Positions 1 through 8,816 of a stretch of DNA of 32,000 nt are shown here, piece by piece. The notes beneath the pieces were generated by a model. That model saw only the letters and a list, made by a program, of their open reading frames with translations, was not told where the DNA came from and did no database searches. Origin of the DNA: Candidatus Lokiarchaeum ossiferum. GTDB taxonomy: Archaea; Asgardarchaeota; Lokiarchaeia; Sigyniarchaeales; Promethearchaeaceae. The translations under genes and the position numbers were made by a program. Every line of letters starts with the position of its first letter. The first letter of the stretch is position 1. Location of the stretch: the NCBI GenBank assembly GCA_025839675.1, contig CP104013.1, positions 3,810,001 through 3,842,000 of the forward strand, given 5' to 3'.

Positions 1-411
1 AGTGTTTTTTAGCTCCGTTTCCAAAGCGGTACTCATAACATGGGTAACATTGTTAAAATACATCATGCGTAGATACGCATTTACTTCAAAATCTGAACAA
101 TCTAAGTAGGCATTAACCTTTCTTGCGATATCCTTTCGGATCACCTCTTCATTGGGGGCTAATCCGGAGAATATTCGGGTGGCTTGTGCATAAAGGCTCG
201 TATTACTAGTTATACTGATGTTTAAAAACATTTCTTTGCGTTCCTCAAATGACATGGATTCATTATATTCATACTGAGAAACATTCTGCGGAGATGCAAT
301 CTTTGGGAGGACTTGACTGGCTATGATCTGCGTTCCCAGAGTAAATATCATTGGAATTAGAAACATGAACATGAACAAAAGCGATTGGGTTTGTTTTTTG
401 TATAGCTTCAT
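1..411 (-). CDS. Partial CDS (N-terminal 137 codons; the 3' end lies beyond the window start). Signal-peptide/TM-bearing protein, probable secreted paralog of the 667-aa protein at 6684..8687
   Basis: Own minus-strand translation from the ATG at 411..409 gives MKLYKKQTQSLLFMFMFLIPMIFTLGTQIIASQ..., open through position 1. The N-terminus is hydrophobic and N-x-S/T sequons (NES, NIS, NTS, NVT) are present. A DCSDF-x6-R-x2-Y motif (nt 88..102) is shared with residues 98-102 of the 667-aa protein. It is absent from the ORF track because it runs off the edge. Confidence 0.6.
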   Translation of the reverse strand, partial: MKLYKKQTQSLLFMFMFLIPMIFTLGTQIIASQVLPKIASPQNVSQYEYNESMSFEERKEMFLNISITSNTSLYAQATRIFSGLAPNEEVIRKDIARKVNAYLDCSDFEVNAYLRMMYFNNVTHVMSTALETELKNT

Positions 412-514
412 AGAAAAAATTTATCCATTTTTCTATTTAATAATTAAGGAAAAAAAGTAAAAATGACCATTTTTAGTCCTTTTTCAGAACTAATATGCAT
501 TTTCTATCATATTA

Positions 515-1555
515 CTAATTATTTGCACTAATTCTGACTATTCGCTTATACATTATTTCCATTTTACCCCAAGAATCTACCCCACTTGTGTTTATAAATA
601 TAATTATAACTCGATCGGATTCGACATCATATTTCGCTATACTTTGATATCCGGGTATTAGTCCTGTATGTTCATATACATATATTTCAGAGTAGATTTC
701 TTCTTCCGAATCAGTTAGGAGAATCCCATCATTTAATGCACGAATAAATACTCCCACATCAGTTATTGAAGCAACCATTGAACCACCGGGAATAAAATAA
801 TCGCTTGGTTTTAGATCTGGCTCATATCCTACATAATACCCGCTCATAACATCCTCAGGATTTACTTCACTATAATAATAATACGTATCATTCAGTTGTA
901 GTGGTATCAATATTTTGTCATTGATATATTGATTATGGGGATATCCTAGACTATCATCCATAATTTTAGCTAAAAGCAAGTAGTTGGTGTTGGAGTATTG
1001 ATATCTAGCATCCGGTTTAAAATTGGCGTCTTCACCTAATATGAGTGCTAAGGCATCATCGACGTTAGTAGGCAAGTTATTCCAAGAAAAATTGGGATCA
1101 TCTACAAAGTTTGGTATGCCACTTCTGTGTTGGATCAACATTTGTAATGTTATTTCATCTGCATATTGAATATCATCTTGATATTCCGGTAACATTCTAC
1201 TTAATGTATCATCTAATGAAAGATTCCCCTCGTCTATAAGCTTGGCCGCTGCGACTGCCATGTATAGTTTGCTAATACTTGCAATCTTAAATAATGAATC
1301 TGGATCCGCCTTTGTCTTTTCATCTCGATCATTATATCCTGCGCTATATGTTGAAACTTCTCCTGCTTCGTCTATGTATGCAATCACTCCATCTAATCCA
1401 TGCTGAGACACAGAGTTTTCGATTTCTGCTTGTACTGTGTCGGGTAAAGGAGATAATCTCATGCTAAGTAAATTCCATGGGATAAAAAATGCTGAAATAG
1501 CTAAAGAAACCGTCACAAACATAACTCCAATCACTTTTTTTCCTCTTTTCTTCAT
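515..1555 (-). CDS. Serine hydrolase of the beta-lactamase / penicillin-binding-protein-like family, membrane-anchored or secreted
   Basis: N-terminal hydrophobic segment (VIGVMFVTVSLAISAFFIPW). S-x-x-K motif (ASISKLY) and Y-x-N motif (YQYSNTNY), typical of class C beta-lactamase-like esterases and DD-peptidases. TAG stop. Confidence 0.85.
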   Translation of the reverse strand: MKKRGKKVIGVMFVTVSLAISAFFIPWNLLSMRLSPLPDTVQAEIENSVSQHGLDGVIAYIDEAGEVSTYSAGYNDRDEKTKADPDSLFKIASISKLYMAVAAAKLIDEGNLSLDDTLSRMLPEYQDDIQYADEITLQMLIQHRSGIPNFVDDPNFSWNNLPTNVDDALALILGEDANFKPDARYQYSNTNYLLLAKIMDDSLGYPHNQYINDKILIPLQLNDTYYYYSEVNPEDVMSGYYVGYEPDLKPSDYFIPGGSMVASITDVGVFIRALNDGILLTDSEEEIYSEIYVYEHTGLIPGYQSIAKYDVESDRVIIIFINTSGVDSWGKMEIMYKRIVRISANN

Positions 1556-1882
1556 ACAATCAGTCCTTCATCTGTGATGACAAATTAGTTGTGACGATAT
1601 TAGTAAATAAGACTACTGATTTTACTTCATAACTTCAATTGTTCAAATGGAACTAATTTATAAGATTCACCCAATTTCAAGAAATTTCTTCTTCCATTAT
1701 CACATCCAAACAATTAAGCAGATATATCCGCCCAATAAGCTAAATTAGAGTTTGAATTTGCATATGAGTGTATGTTAAATCTATCAAATCAATATCACTT
1801 ACGGAATGCCTCCCCTCAGAGCCGCCAAAAAACGATTTAACTCGTTTCGAAAATTAAGTCAAGATACATACAATCAAAATAA

Positions 1883-2230
1883 TTAATTCAAAAAACCCAT
1901 TAATATTAATATATCTTTCGAAGGATACCCACACATAGGGCTTCGAGAAACCTTTTTACTCCCCCGATCATGTTTGTGATGGGGTTTTGTATCGATATCC
2001 CAATGATCATCATAATTATCAAACCTAATTCGATCATATTCACTTTGTGAATAAATTATTTGATATGAATATTCGGAATAATCGTTGTACCTAATAAACA
2101 AAAGAATCCCAGTAATAAATCTAATTCTAAGAACAGGTCTATTAGAGTCGTGTCGGATAGAAAATATAAGTTCACTTTTGTGATTTTGAATTATTTTTTG
2201 TGCAATATCCAACTTTTCATGGCATTTCAT
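1883..2230 (-). CDS. DUF6516 / TumE-like protein (candidate toxin of a two-gene module)
   Basis: The core YSYQIIYS..RIRFDNYDDHWDIDTKPHHKHD matches my recollection of the DUF6516 consensus (Y.Y....R.DN..H.....PHHKH). The start overlaps the upstream gene's stop as TAATG at 2228..2232. Confidence 0.6.
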   Translation of the reverse strand: MKCHEKLDIAQKIIQNHKSELIFSIRHDSNRPVLRIRFITGILLFIRYNDYSEYSYQIIYSQSEYDRIRFDNYDDHWDIDTKPHHKHDRGSKKVSRSPMCGYPSKDILILMGFLN

Positions 2231-2475
2231 TATTTTAAAACACCAATTCTTTCAAGCAGAACTTGCATCTCTTGTTCTTCTTTAACTAATTGATGTAAAT
2301 CAATCGCATCATCTTCTGCTTCTTCATACGTTCCATTTTTTGCTTTTTGTAAAAATGTTTGGACAAGTTCTTCATTCCATTTGTGCAAGATTTTTTCGAT
2401 TTCTGACTGCAGAGAAAACAATTTAAAACGAACCAAATTGACAGCTGTTGATTTTTCTAATGAAATTTCAGTCAT
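2230..2475 (-). CDS. Small acidic all-helical protein, putative cognate partner (antitoxin?) of the TumE-like gene
   Basis: 81 aa, coiled-coil-like (EIEKILHKWNEELVQTFLQKAK...EEQEMQVLLERIG), with no obvious HTH or RHH. Translationally coupled to the downstream gene by a 1-nt overlap. Confidence 0.45.
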   Translation of the reverse strand: MTEISLEKSTAVNLVRFKLFSLQSEIEKILHKWNEELVQTFLQKAKNGTYEEAEDDAIDLHQLVKEEQEMQVLLERIGVLK

Positions 2476-2560
2476 ACTATTAATATTAATTCACTGAATA
2501 AATTTAAATTCATTCGATTAAATATGAAATACTTGAGTTTTCTTAAGTAAGAAAAAAGAA

Positions 2561-3556
2561 TTATTCTGCTTGATCCATCATTATTTTTATAGTTGAGATG
2601 ACATCAGCGTACATTTCCTTGCCCATAGGTAAAGAATTGTGAGCGGAAAGAAAACCATGGGCAGTCGGTTGATAGTTTTTAAAAATTAACTGATTTCCCG
2701 CAGTATGCAATTTTTGGGCAAAAGCATAACCTTGATCCCGTAAGGGATCATGACTGGCGGTGATGAGAAATGTGGGGGGTAAATTCGTGCAATCCTCCAA
2801 CAAAACCGGAGAAAAATCGATATCGTTTAGTTCATCATCATTATTTTTGTAAGCATCCCGGAAAAATTCCATTAGCGAATAGGAAAGGATGTACCCGTTC
2901 TCAAACTTGCGCATTGATGGGTAGGCATCAAAATTCCCATCTAACCATGGGCACACCATGATCTGTCCTGCGAGTGATATGTTCTCATCATCTCGGCTTT
3001 TATAAGTCATGACTGCGGAAATTCCTCCCCCAGCGCTTTCACCCATGACATAAATCTGAGATAGATTGATATGAAATTTTTTATACTGAGCAAATACCCA
3101 CTGAACTGCGGTCCATCCATCATTCGGTGCATCTGGATATTTATATTCCGGAGCTAATCGGTAGTCCACGGAAATAATAATCGCTTCGAGATCCCGAGCC
3201 ATTTTCCGGCACAATCTATCAAAGACCTTAACGCTTCCAATCACATATCCGCCCCCATGGAAGAATATTATGGCAGGTAAGTTTGTTTTCTCTGTTGGGA
3301 TATAGACCCGAATATTTAAGTTTGGATGGGTAGCAGGAATATTCCTGTCTTCCACTTTCCATAAAGGGATTTTTTTTCCATACATAAATCGGGCCATGAG
3401 GGAGGTCGCCATTTTATTATCCAATTCTCTCATTTTTTTTGGATCGTCTTTTACTTTCGGGGTTATCGATCGGAGAATAAATTTCATAATACTCGGCATA
3501 TCGACGTCGTGACTTGTTAAATCGCTGGTATATAGAGGTATTTTCATGAGATTCAC
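2561..3556 (-). CDS. Alpha/beta hydrolase, hormone-sensitive-lipase-type esterase/lipase
   Basis: Oxyanion-hole motif FFHGGGY, nucleophile elbow GESAGG, and downstream D (HDPLRD) and H (TAHGF). The track start at 3556 is GTG. An in-frame ATG at 3547..3545 (MKIPLY...) is an equally likely start. It sits 1-10 nt downstream of the regulator gene, so the two are a probable operon. Confidence 0.85.
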   Translation of the reverse strand: MNLMKIPLYTSDLTSHDVDMPSIMKFILRSITPKVKDDPKKMRELDNKMATSLMARFMYGKKIPLWKVEDRNIPATHPNLNIRVYIPTEKTNLPAIIFFHGGGYVIGSVKVFDRLCRKMARDLEAIIISVDYRLAPEYKYPDAPNDGWTAVQWVFAQYKKFHINLSQIYVMGESAGGGISAVMTYKSRDDENISLAGQIMVCPWLDGNFDAYPSMRKFENGYILSYSLMEFFRDAYKNNDDELNDIDFSPVLLEDCTNLPPTFLITASHDPLRDQGYAFAQKLHTAGNQLIFKNYQPTAHGFLSAHNSLPMGKEMYADVISTIKIMMDQAE

Positions 3557-3557
3557 T

Positions 3558-4259
3558 TCAAAATTGAAATTTAATATCGACGATATTGTTTTGTGGGTCG
3601 ATTTGATGAATGCTTACTTTAACAGGAATATACTTGCTCATTTCTTCCTCAATTATTCCAGAGAAGATTTGAAAATGAGCCGGAAGGGAAAGATACTCTG
3701 AATTTTTCATCCGGAGAATCAGTAATCGTTGTTCTTCTAAGATTACAGGGGTAGACCATTGGTATGAATCAAAAGTAGTCAAGATGGAATCAATGATATT
3801 CATAATTTTGTGGGATAAAAATTCTAAGGGGAAAAATTTGGTCGGATTTTCATTGGGTTTGATTGGAGATGATTGAGTTTGCTGTTGGTTTACCATTATA
3901 TCCGTCATCTCGGAGAAATTCAAATCGTTGGCCATTACTTTTCCGAGTTCTTTTAAATCAGATGGATTTTGAATAAATTGGGGGATATTCCGAAGCATAG
4001 AAAGGTAAAAAGGTTCATAAAATGTTGAAAGGGCCTCTCTTCGTGTTTTATTTTTGAGATATTTCTCCTTCTGATGCCACAGTTTGTATTGCCCAATATC
4101 TTGAACAAAGGCTTTATCTTCGTCTTCCAGAATTTTGAGATATTTTGAAATTGTTGTCCGACTCGCCCCTAATTGGTGTGCCAACTTGGAAACACTTAAA
4201 CCATATCGAGTTTCTTGCAATAAATGGACAATTTCATCCTGGAGTGAAGCTTTTACCAT
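3558..4259 (-). CDS. Winged-helix transcriptional regulator with an uncharacterised C-terminal (ligand-binding?) domain
   Basis: N-terminal HTH-like segment (GLSVSKLAHQLGASRTTISKYLKILEDEDKAFV), followed by a Q-rich linker and a ~100-aa C-terminal domain. Divergent from the flavoprotein gene. Confidence 0.7.
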   Translation of the reverse strand: MVKASLQDEIVHLLQETRYGLSVSKLAHQLGASRTTISKYLKILEDEDKAFVQDIGQYKLWHQKEKYLKNKTRREALSTFYEPFYLSMLRNIPQFIQNPSDLKELGKVMANDLNFSEMTDIMVNQQQTQSSPIKPNENPTKFFPLEFLSHKIMNIIDSILTTFDSYQWSTPVILEEQRLLILRMKNSEYLSLPAHFQIFSGIIEEEMSKYIPVKVSIHQIDPQNNIVDIKFQF

Positions 4260-4406
4260 TCTCTAAATCCCTATATAACAACAATCGGGTATTATATAAA
4301 AATATTTTTAATACATGTGTCACATTAATTATTCATATCTGCCATTTTTATTGTCAGCATCGTCAATTTAAAATGACTGATATCACTTCTCTCGAGATAA
4401 TTAAAA

Positions 4407-5825
4407 ATGAAAATAGCAATTATTAATGGAAGTCCTAAACACGATAAAATTAGTTCTACTATGGCCTTTATTCGCTATATTGAACGCATGTATCCCATGC
4501 ACACCTTTGAAATCCTAAATGTTGGTATGAAACTTGTTCGCATGAAAATTGCCGATAAATCCTTTATGGATATTTTGAATATCATCAAAAATGCTGATGG
4601 CGTTCTCTGGACCTTTCCAGTCTATACTATGCTTATTCCCGCACAACTTAAACGATTTATTGAATTAATTACGGAGAAAGGCGTTGATGACTTCTTTACA
4701 AATAAATATGCGGCAGTTTTATCAACATCTTTGAATTTTTATGATCATACTGCTCATAATTACATGCAGGCTATTTGTGACGATCTGAACATGAAATATG
4801 TTGGGTTCTATAGTGCAAAAATCGATTTTCTGATGGATATCAAAAAACGGAAAAATTGGTACAAATTTATGGCCAATTTTCTATTTCATATTGAAAATAA
4901 ACTTCCTGTTTCAAAACGTTATCCTCCCTTAATCTATTCCAATTTTGAATATCAACCTACGGCTGTAAATCCTACAGTTGACAATTCGAAGACGAAAGTC
5001 ACCATTTTAACTGATGTGAGGGATTCATCTTCAAATTTAGCAAAAATGATTTCCCAACTAAAAAATGCCTTTTTAGATCAATCCAATGTTGAAATAATCA
5101 ATTTGTATGACATCAACATTAAGGGGGGCTGTCTTGGATGTATTAAATGTGGCTTTGATAATAAATGCGTTTACCGGGATGAGTATGTGACCTTTTTCAA
5201 GGAAAAAATTATGAACCAACCTATAATGATTTACGCTGCTGAAACTACAGATCGTTTTTATTCCCATCGTTGGAAGCTTTATTTTGATCGCATATTTCAT
5301 AATGGTCATACCCCAAGTTTGAGAGGTACTCAAATGGGCTATCTAATTTCAGGGCCATTAACTCAAATTCCAAATCTACGCCAATTGATTTCCGCTCAAA
5401 CTGAGTGTGGTCAGGCGAATTTGGTGGATGTAATTACTGATGAAAATGAAAATTCTGAACTCATCGATATTTCAATTCAAACCATGGCATCAAATTTAAT
5501 TCGCCTATCTCAATTGGAGTATGTAACTCCTCCGACTTTTCTTGAGGTTGGTGGATTTAAAGTATTTCGGGATTTAATCTATGGGATCGGCCGAATTCCT
5601 TTTCCTTCTGACTATAAATTCTTCAAAGATAATGATATGTTTGATTTTCCTTCTAAAGAGCATACTTTGATTGCCATTGGTCGCCTATCTTCAATTCTCT
5701 TTAAATTCAAGAAAATACGAGAAAAATTCCGAACAAAAATTGGTAAAGTGATGATTTATCAACCCGAACGCATGCTGAAGAAATTAGATGTTGAAAAGGA
5801 AAAAAAATTCATGATCAAGGCTTAG
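4407..5825 (+). CDS. Tandem flavodoxin-fold oxidoreductase: an NAD(P)H-dependent FMN-reductase-like domain plus an iron-sulfur-flavoprotein (Isf)-like domain
   Basis: Domain 1 reads MKIAIINGSPKHDKISST...GVLWTFPVY. Domain 2 reads KVTILTDVRDSSSN... and carries the compact C-x2-C-x2-C-x5-C motif (CLGCIKCGFDNKC) about 45 aa into the domain, as in Isf [4Fe-4S] flavoproteins. TAG stop. Confidence 0.75.
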   Translation: MKIAIINGSPKHDKISSTMAFIRYIERMYPMHTFEILNVGMKLVRMKIADKSFMDILNIIKNADGVLWTFPVYTMLIPAQLKRFIELITEKGVDDFFTNKYAAVLSTSLNFYDHTAHNYMQAICDDLNMKYVGFYSAKIDFLMDIKKRKNWYKFMANFLFHIENKLPVSKRYPPLIYSNFEYQPTAVNPTVDNSKTKVTILTDVRDSSSNLAKMISQLKNAFLDQSNVEIINLYDINIKGGCLGCIKCGFDNKCVYRDEYVTFFKEKIMNQPIMIYAAETTDRFYSHRWKLYFDRIFHNGHTPSLRGTQMGYLISGPLTQIPNLRQLISAQTECGQANLVDVITDENENSELIDISIQTMASNLIRLSQLEYVTPPTFLEVGGFKVFRDLIYGIGRIPFPSDYKFFKDNDMFDFPSKEHTLIAIGRLSSILFKFKKIREKFRTKIGKVMIYQPERMLKKLDVEKEKKFMIKA

Positions 5826-5826
5826 T

Positions 5827-5848
5827 TTGGAAATAACTTGGAAATAAT
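5827..5848. repeat. Tandem 11-mer x2 (ttggaaataac / ttggaaataat)
   Basis: Read directly from the sequence. Begins 2 nt after the stop of the flavoprotein gene. Confidence 0.9.
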
Positions 5849-5866
5849 AAATAAAAAAGCGAATTA

Positions 5867-5886
5867 GAGAATGTATGAGAATGTAT
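5867..5886. repeat. Perfect tandem 10-mer x2 (gagaatgtat gagaatgtat)
   Basis: Read directly from the sequence. Confidence 0.95.
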
Positions 5887-6094
5887 TAGCAATTTTCCGA
5901 AACCAATCCAAATAGCATTTTCTTGCGACAATCGAATCTAGTTTCAAATATTGAGCTCGCATGAAATTTATTAAACTCAAAATGTAATAAAATATTATCA
6001 CGATAAGGAATTAACAAAATGGCATTTTGACTTTTTTTTCAAGAAATTAAAAAAAGAAGAAATACAGACAATTTCCCTCTTGAGGTGGAAAAGT

Positions 6095-6589
6095 ATGAAA
6101 ATGATTGAAAAATTGAAAAAAGCTATGAACTTAGAAATTCCCATGGTGAAACAAGTCCTTTGGAATACCTATGGCTATTCTTGTTCTGAAGACAAAATTA
6201 CTGGCTTAGGGTTCTATGGACAACCACTGACAGAAATCCCCCCAGATTTTTTTTTGTTCCAAGAATTAGAGGTTCTAGCACTAACCAACACAAAATTACC
6301 AAACCTTCCTCAAGATATAGGATACTTAAAATCCCTAAAAGAACTGTATCTTGGAGGAAATTTATTTAGGTCCATTCCAAATGAAGTTGGGGAATTAAAA
6401 AAATTAAGAGTTTTGTATATTTTGGAAGACAATTTACAACAGATTCCAAATACAATTCTGAAACTGTCAAATTTGAAAGAATTGAGCATTACTGTTCCTT
6501 TCAAGTTAGATAAATCTTGGAATTGGCAAGATTTGTCCAAAAAAGGATGCAAAATTTACTGGAACAATAAAGAAATCTTTCAAAACTGA
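6095..6589 (+). CDS. Stand-alone leucine-rich-repeat (LRR) protein
   Basis: Four to five LxxLxLxxNxLxxIP-type repeats (LEVLALTNTKLPNLPQDIGYLKSLKELYLGGNLFRSIPNEVGELKKLRVLYILEDNLQQIPNTILKLSNLKELSI). The ATG at 6095 is preceded by the SD-like GAGGTG at 6082..6087. The track start at 6080 is TTG. Confidence 0.8.
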   Translation: MKMIEKLKKAMNLEIPMVKQVLWNTYGYSCSEDKITGLGFYGQPLTEIPPDFFLFQELEVLALTNTKLPNLPQDIGYLKSLKELYLGGNLFRSIPNEVGELKKLRVLYILEDNLQQIPNTILKLSNLKELSITVPFKLDKSWNWQDLSKKGCKIYWNNKEIFQN

Positions 6590-6683
6590 ATGAAAATTAG
6601 AAAATTGTACTTTTTTTTGATTTACATCTTTCTCTGGACTAGTTCTCTATGAAAAAAATTTTCTAATGACTATTATGGCTGAA

Positions 6684-8687
6684 TTATTTTTCAAATTCTA
6701 AATCAAGATGCTGTTCGGAATGTTCAATATGAACTTTTTTGGCCCCAAAAGAGGTGTGGCTGTAAGGATTCTCATATCGAGGGTAATTCTTAAGGGAGAC
6801 ATTTTGACCATTTTGTTTGAGGTCTCCTTTCCATCCAAATTCAAGAAGCCCTTGACTCGGGGATGTATATTGGACTGATAATTTACCAAAAATAAGTTTC
6901 GAGGTTGTGACAGAATCAACAAAATTAGAAAAGCTTTGATATTGATCTTTTCGACCTAACTCTATTATCCAGATATTCTGCCTTCCGTCAACAATTAAAT
7001 CCTTATCCTTCTCTTCTCCTTCAACTTGCCATTGATATGTGTTTTGAGAAAAGAGAGCTAGGAATCCATCTTGGTATCGAGCACAAACCCAACCATTTTT
7101 TTCAATCACCTCGTCAAATTTACTTTTTGGGAACCATGCATGGGTGAATCGCAAATTTTTCGAGAGTAAAATGCCTCCCATCCGTGGAATCTTGTAAACT
7201 GCAATTAAAACATTTTTCACCTGAGCAACCCGCGGTAAATAACCTGATCCTAACCAATATCCTTCTGGTGAGGTATTTCCAAATCCTCCTGGATGTGTGG
7301 TGAAACAGACTGCTTCTGGACCTAGGCTTGCTTGCCAGATGTGTTGCTGATCTCCTCCATATCCCTTACGATAATCTTGAGACGAACTGAGCATATAGTC
7401 TGGTGTTCGATAAGTATAAATATTATTTTCTTCCCGTGTGTTGCGGGTTAAATCCTTTTTGAACATATGCGCTAGTGCTTTGGTTAGGCCAAAATATCTT
7501 CCGATTTGCAAAACGTGTTTAAATGGCTTAAATTCTTGGAAAAACTCATTATCCCACCAGCGAAATCGATCCAACATTTTTACCATAACATTGATGGTCT
7601 TAGGATGCACATAGGATTCAAAAGAAAGGAGGATTAAACCATTATCTACATCTTTATAATTAATGCCCCATCTACGTGCCTCTCGAATATTAATACTCAC
7701 CCGTTGTCGATTTTCCATTTCTGCTCGACTAATATCCTGTGCAATGTCCATAATTACTTCAGGAGGTGTATATTTTTCACTTAAAGCAAGGGTGACTGCA
7801 CTCATATTATCCTTATTTGCGAAAATTCCCATTCCAAAGACAAGTTTCATCGTATCAATTGTCGATTCGACTAATGCATTTTTCTTCTCCGCCGCATAAC
7901 ACCGTCCATGGGTCGAAACAAATTGTCCATAATACGAATTCAAAGCCATATCAAACAACATCAAATCCATGATAATTTTTGCCTTCCTTACGATTTCTTC
8001 ATCCTCACAAAAATCGATTAGATTTAAAAGGGCTGTCATATCTTCATCATAATAAATGTTGGATAACCATTCATTGAATCCGGTATAGAAACGTAATTCA
8101 AACCATTTTAAAATCCGTTTGCGTGCTTTAACCATTTTTTCTTTCCCAGTCATTTTCGAATTGCTAAAGAATTCATTGGGATATAATTGACCAGCTAAAT
8201 ATTCATTGGATGCAAACATTATGTGATGATTCTCCGTCCAATAACACATGGAATCTGTGCCAGGTTCATCTGGCCAATATTTGAAGGAGAGAATGGTTTT
8301 TTTTGCGTTTTTGAGTAAATCAGGAGTGACTAGGGGATTTTTACTGAATTGGTAACATAAACGCATGATTCCTAAAAGAACAAAGTCAGAACAATCAAAA
8401 CGGGAATCAATATAAGATAATGCACTTTCTAATAAGCCTAACCAGATTGGTCCTCGAATCTCTGAAATTCGGACAAGTTCATAGAAATATCCTTTAATCG
8501 CATCACTACCGGGGTTTTGGAGACAGTGGGAGATAAAAGCTTGTTTTCGTTCGGAATATTTCTGTTTAAAGGGTTCTTTTGAATAAATATCTTGGGTTTT
8601 CTGTACATTATATCCTGCAGGAGGGTGTCCAATATTTTTCAGTTTGAAATCATTTACAGAGGTTGTTTTAAAAAAATCCTCACTCAT
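6684..8687 (-). CDS. Large cytoplasmic protein of unrecognised family. From context, a candidate polysaccharide/oligosaccharide lyase-like enzyme (heparinase II/III- or oligo-uronate-lyase-like)
   Basis: 667-aa ORF with no signal peptide. WTENHHIMFASNEY is reminiscent of the N-H catalytic pair of (alpha/alpha)-toroid lyases. Divergently paired with eda-kdgK. The function is hypothesis only; the coding call itself is strong. Confidence 0.45.
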   Translation of the reverse strand: MSEDFFKTTSVNDFKLKNIGHPPAGYNVQKTQDIYSKEPFKQKYSERKQAFISHCLQNPGSDAIKGYFYELVRISEIRGPIWLGLLESALSYIDSRFDCSDFVLLGIMRLCYQFSKNPLVTPDLLKNAKKTILSFKYWPDEPGTDSMCYWTENHHIMFASNEYLAGQLYPNEFFSNSKMTGKEKMVKARKRILKWFELRFYTGFNEWLSNIYYDEDMTALLNLIDFCEDEEIVRKAKIIMDLMLFDMALNSYYGQFVSTHGRCYAAEKKNALVESTIDTMKLVFGMGIFANKDNMSAVTLALSEKYTPPEVIMDIAQDISRAEMENRQRVSINIREARRWGINYKDVDNGLILLSFESYVHPKTINVMVKMLDRFRWWDNEFFQEFKPFKHVLQIGRYFGLTKALAHMFKKDLTRNTREENNIYTYRTPDYMLSSSQDYRKGYGGDQQHIWQASLGPEAVCFTTHPGGFGNTSPEGYWLGSGYLPRVAQVKNVLIAVYKIPRMGGILLSKNLRFTHAWFPKSKFDEVIEKNGWVCARYQDGFLALFSQNTYQWQVEGEEKDKDLIVDGRQNIWIIELGRKDQYQSFSNFVDSVTTSKLIFGKLSVQYTSPSQGLLEFGWKGDLKQNGQNVSLKNYPRYENPYSHTSFGAKKVHIEHSEQHLDLEFEK

Positions 8688-8758
8688 ACTTTCCTATTAT
8701 CTCCAACCCATAATAAAATATTTAGAATAAGTTTTGCAAATTTCTCCTTTCATTAAAA

Positions 8759-8780
8759 AATGAATCAAATTTGATTCATT
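8759..8780. promoter_or_regulatory. Perfect 22-bp palindrome AATGAATCAAA|TTTGATTCATT, candidate operator in the divergent promoter region
   Basis: Read directly. It lies between the 667-aa gene (start 8687, minus) and eda (start 8817, plus), and ends 8 nt upstream of the TATA-like box at 8788..8795. Confidence 0.5.
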
Positions 8781-8787
8781 CTGGGGA

Positions 8788-8795
8788 TTTAAAAA
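8788..8795 (+). promoter_or_regulatory. TATA-like box (tttaaaaa) for the eda-kdgK operon
   Basis: Centred about 26 nt upstream of the eda ATG, with no SD between. Consistent with an archaeal-type promoter and a near-leaderless transcript. Confidence 0.4.
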
Positions 8796-8816
8796 GAATC
8801 GAGTTCAAATTAAATT

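Noticed and set aside
4145-4426. 93-aa plus-strand ORF spanning the regulator's 5' end and the divergent promoter region.
   Set aside because: It overlaps the well-supported wHTH N-terminus on the opposite strand and runs through the AT-rich promoter region into the start of the flavoprotein gene. No motif is present, so it is likely spurious.
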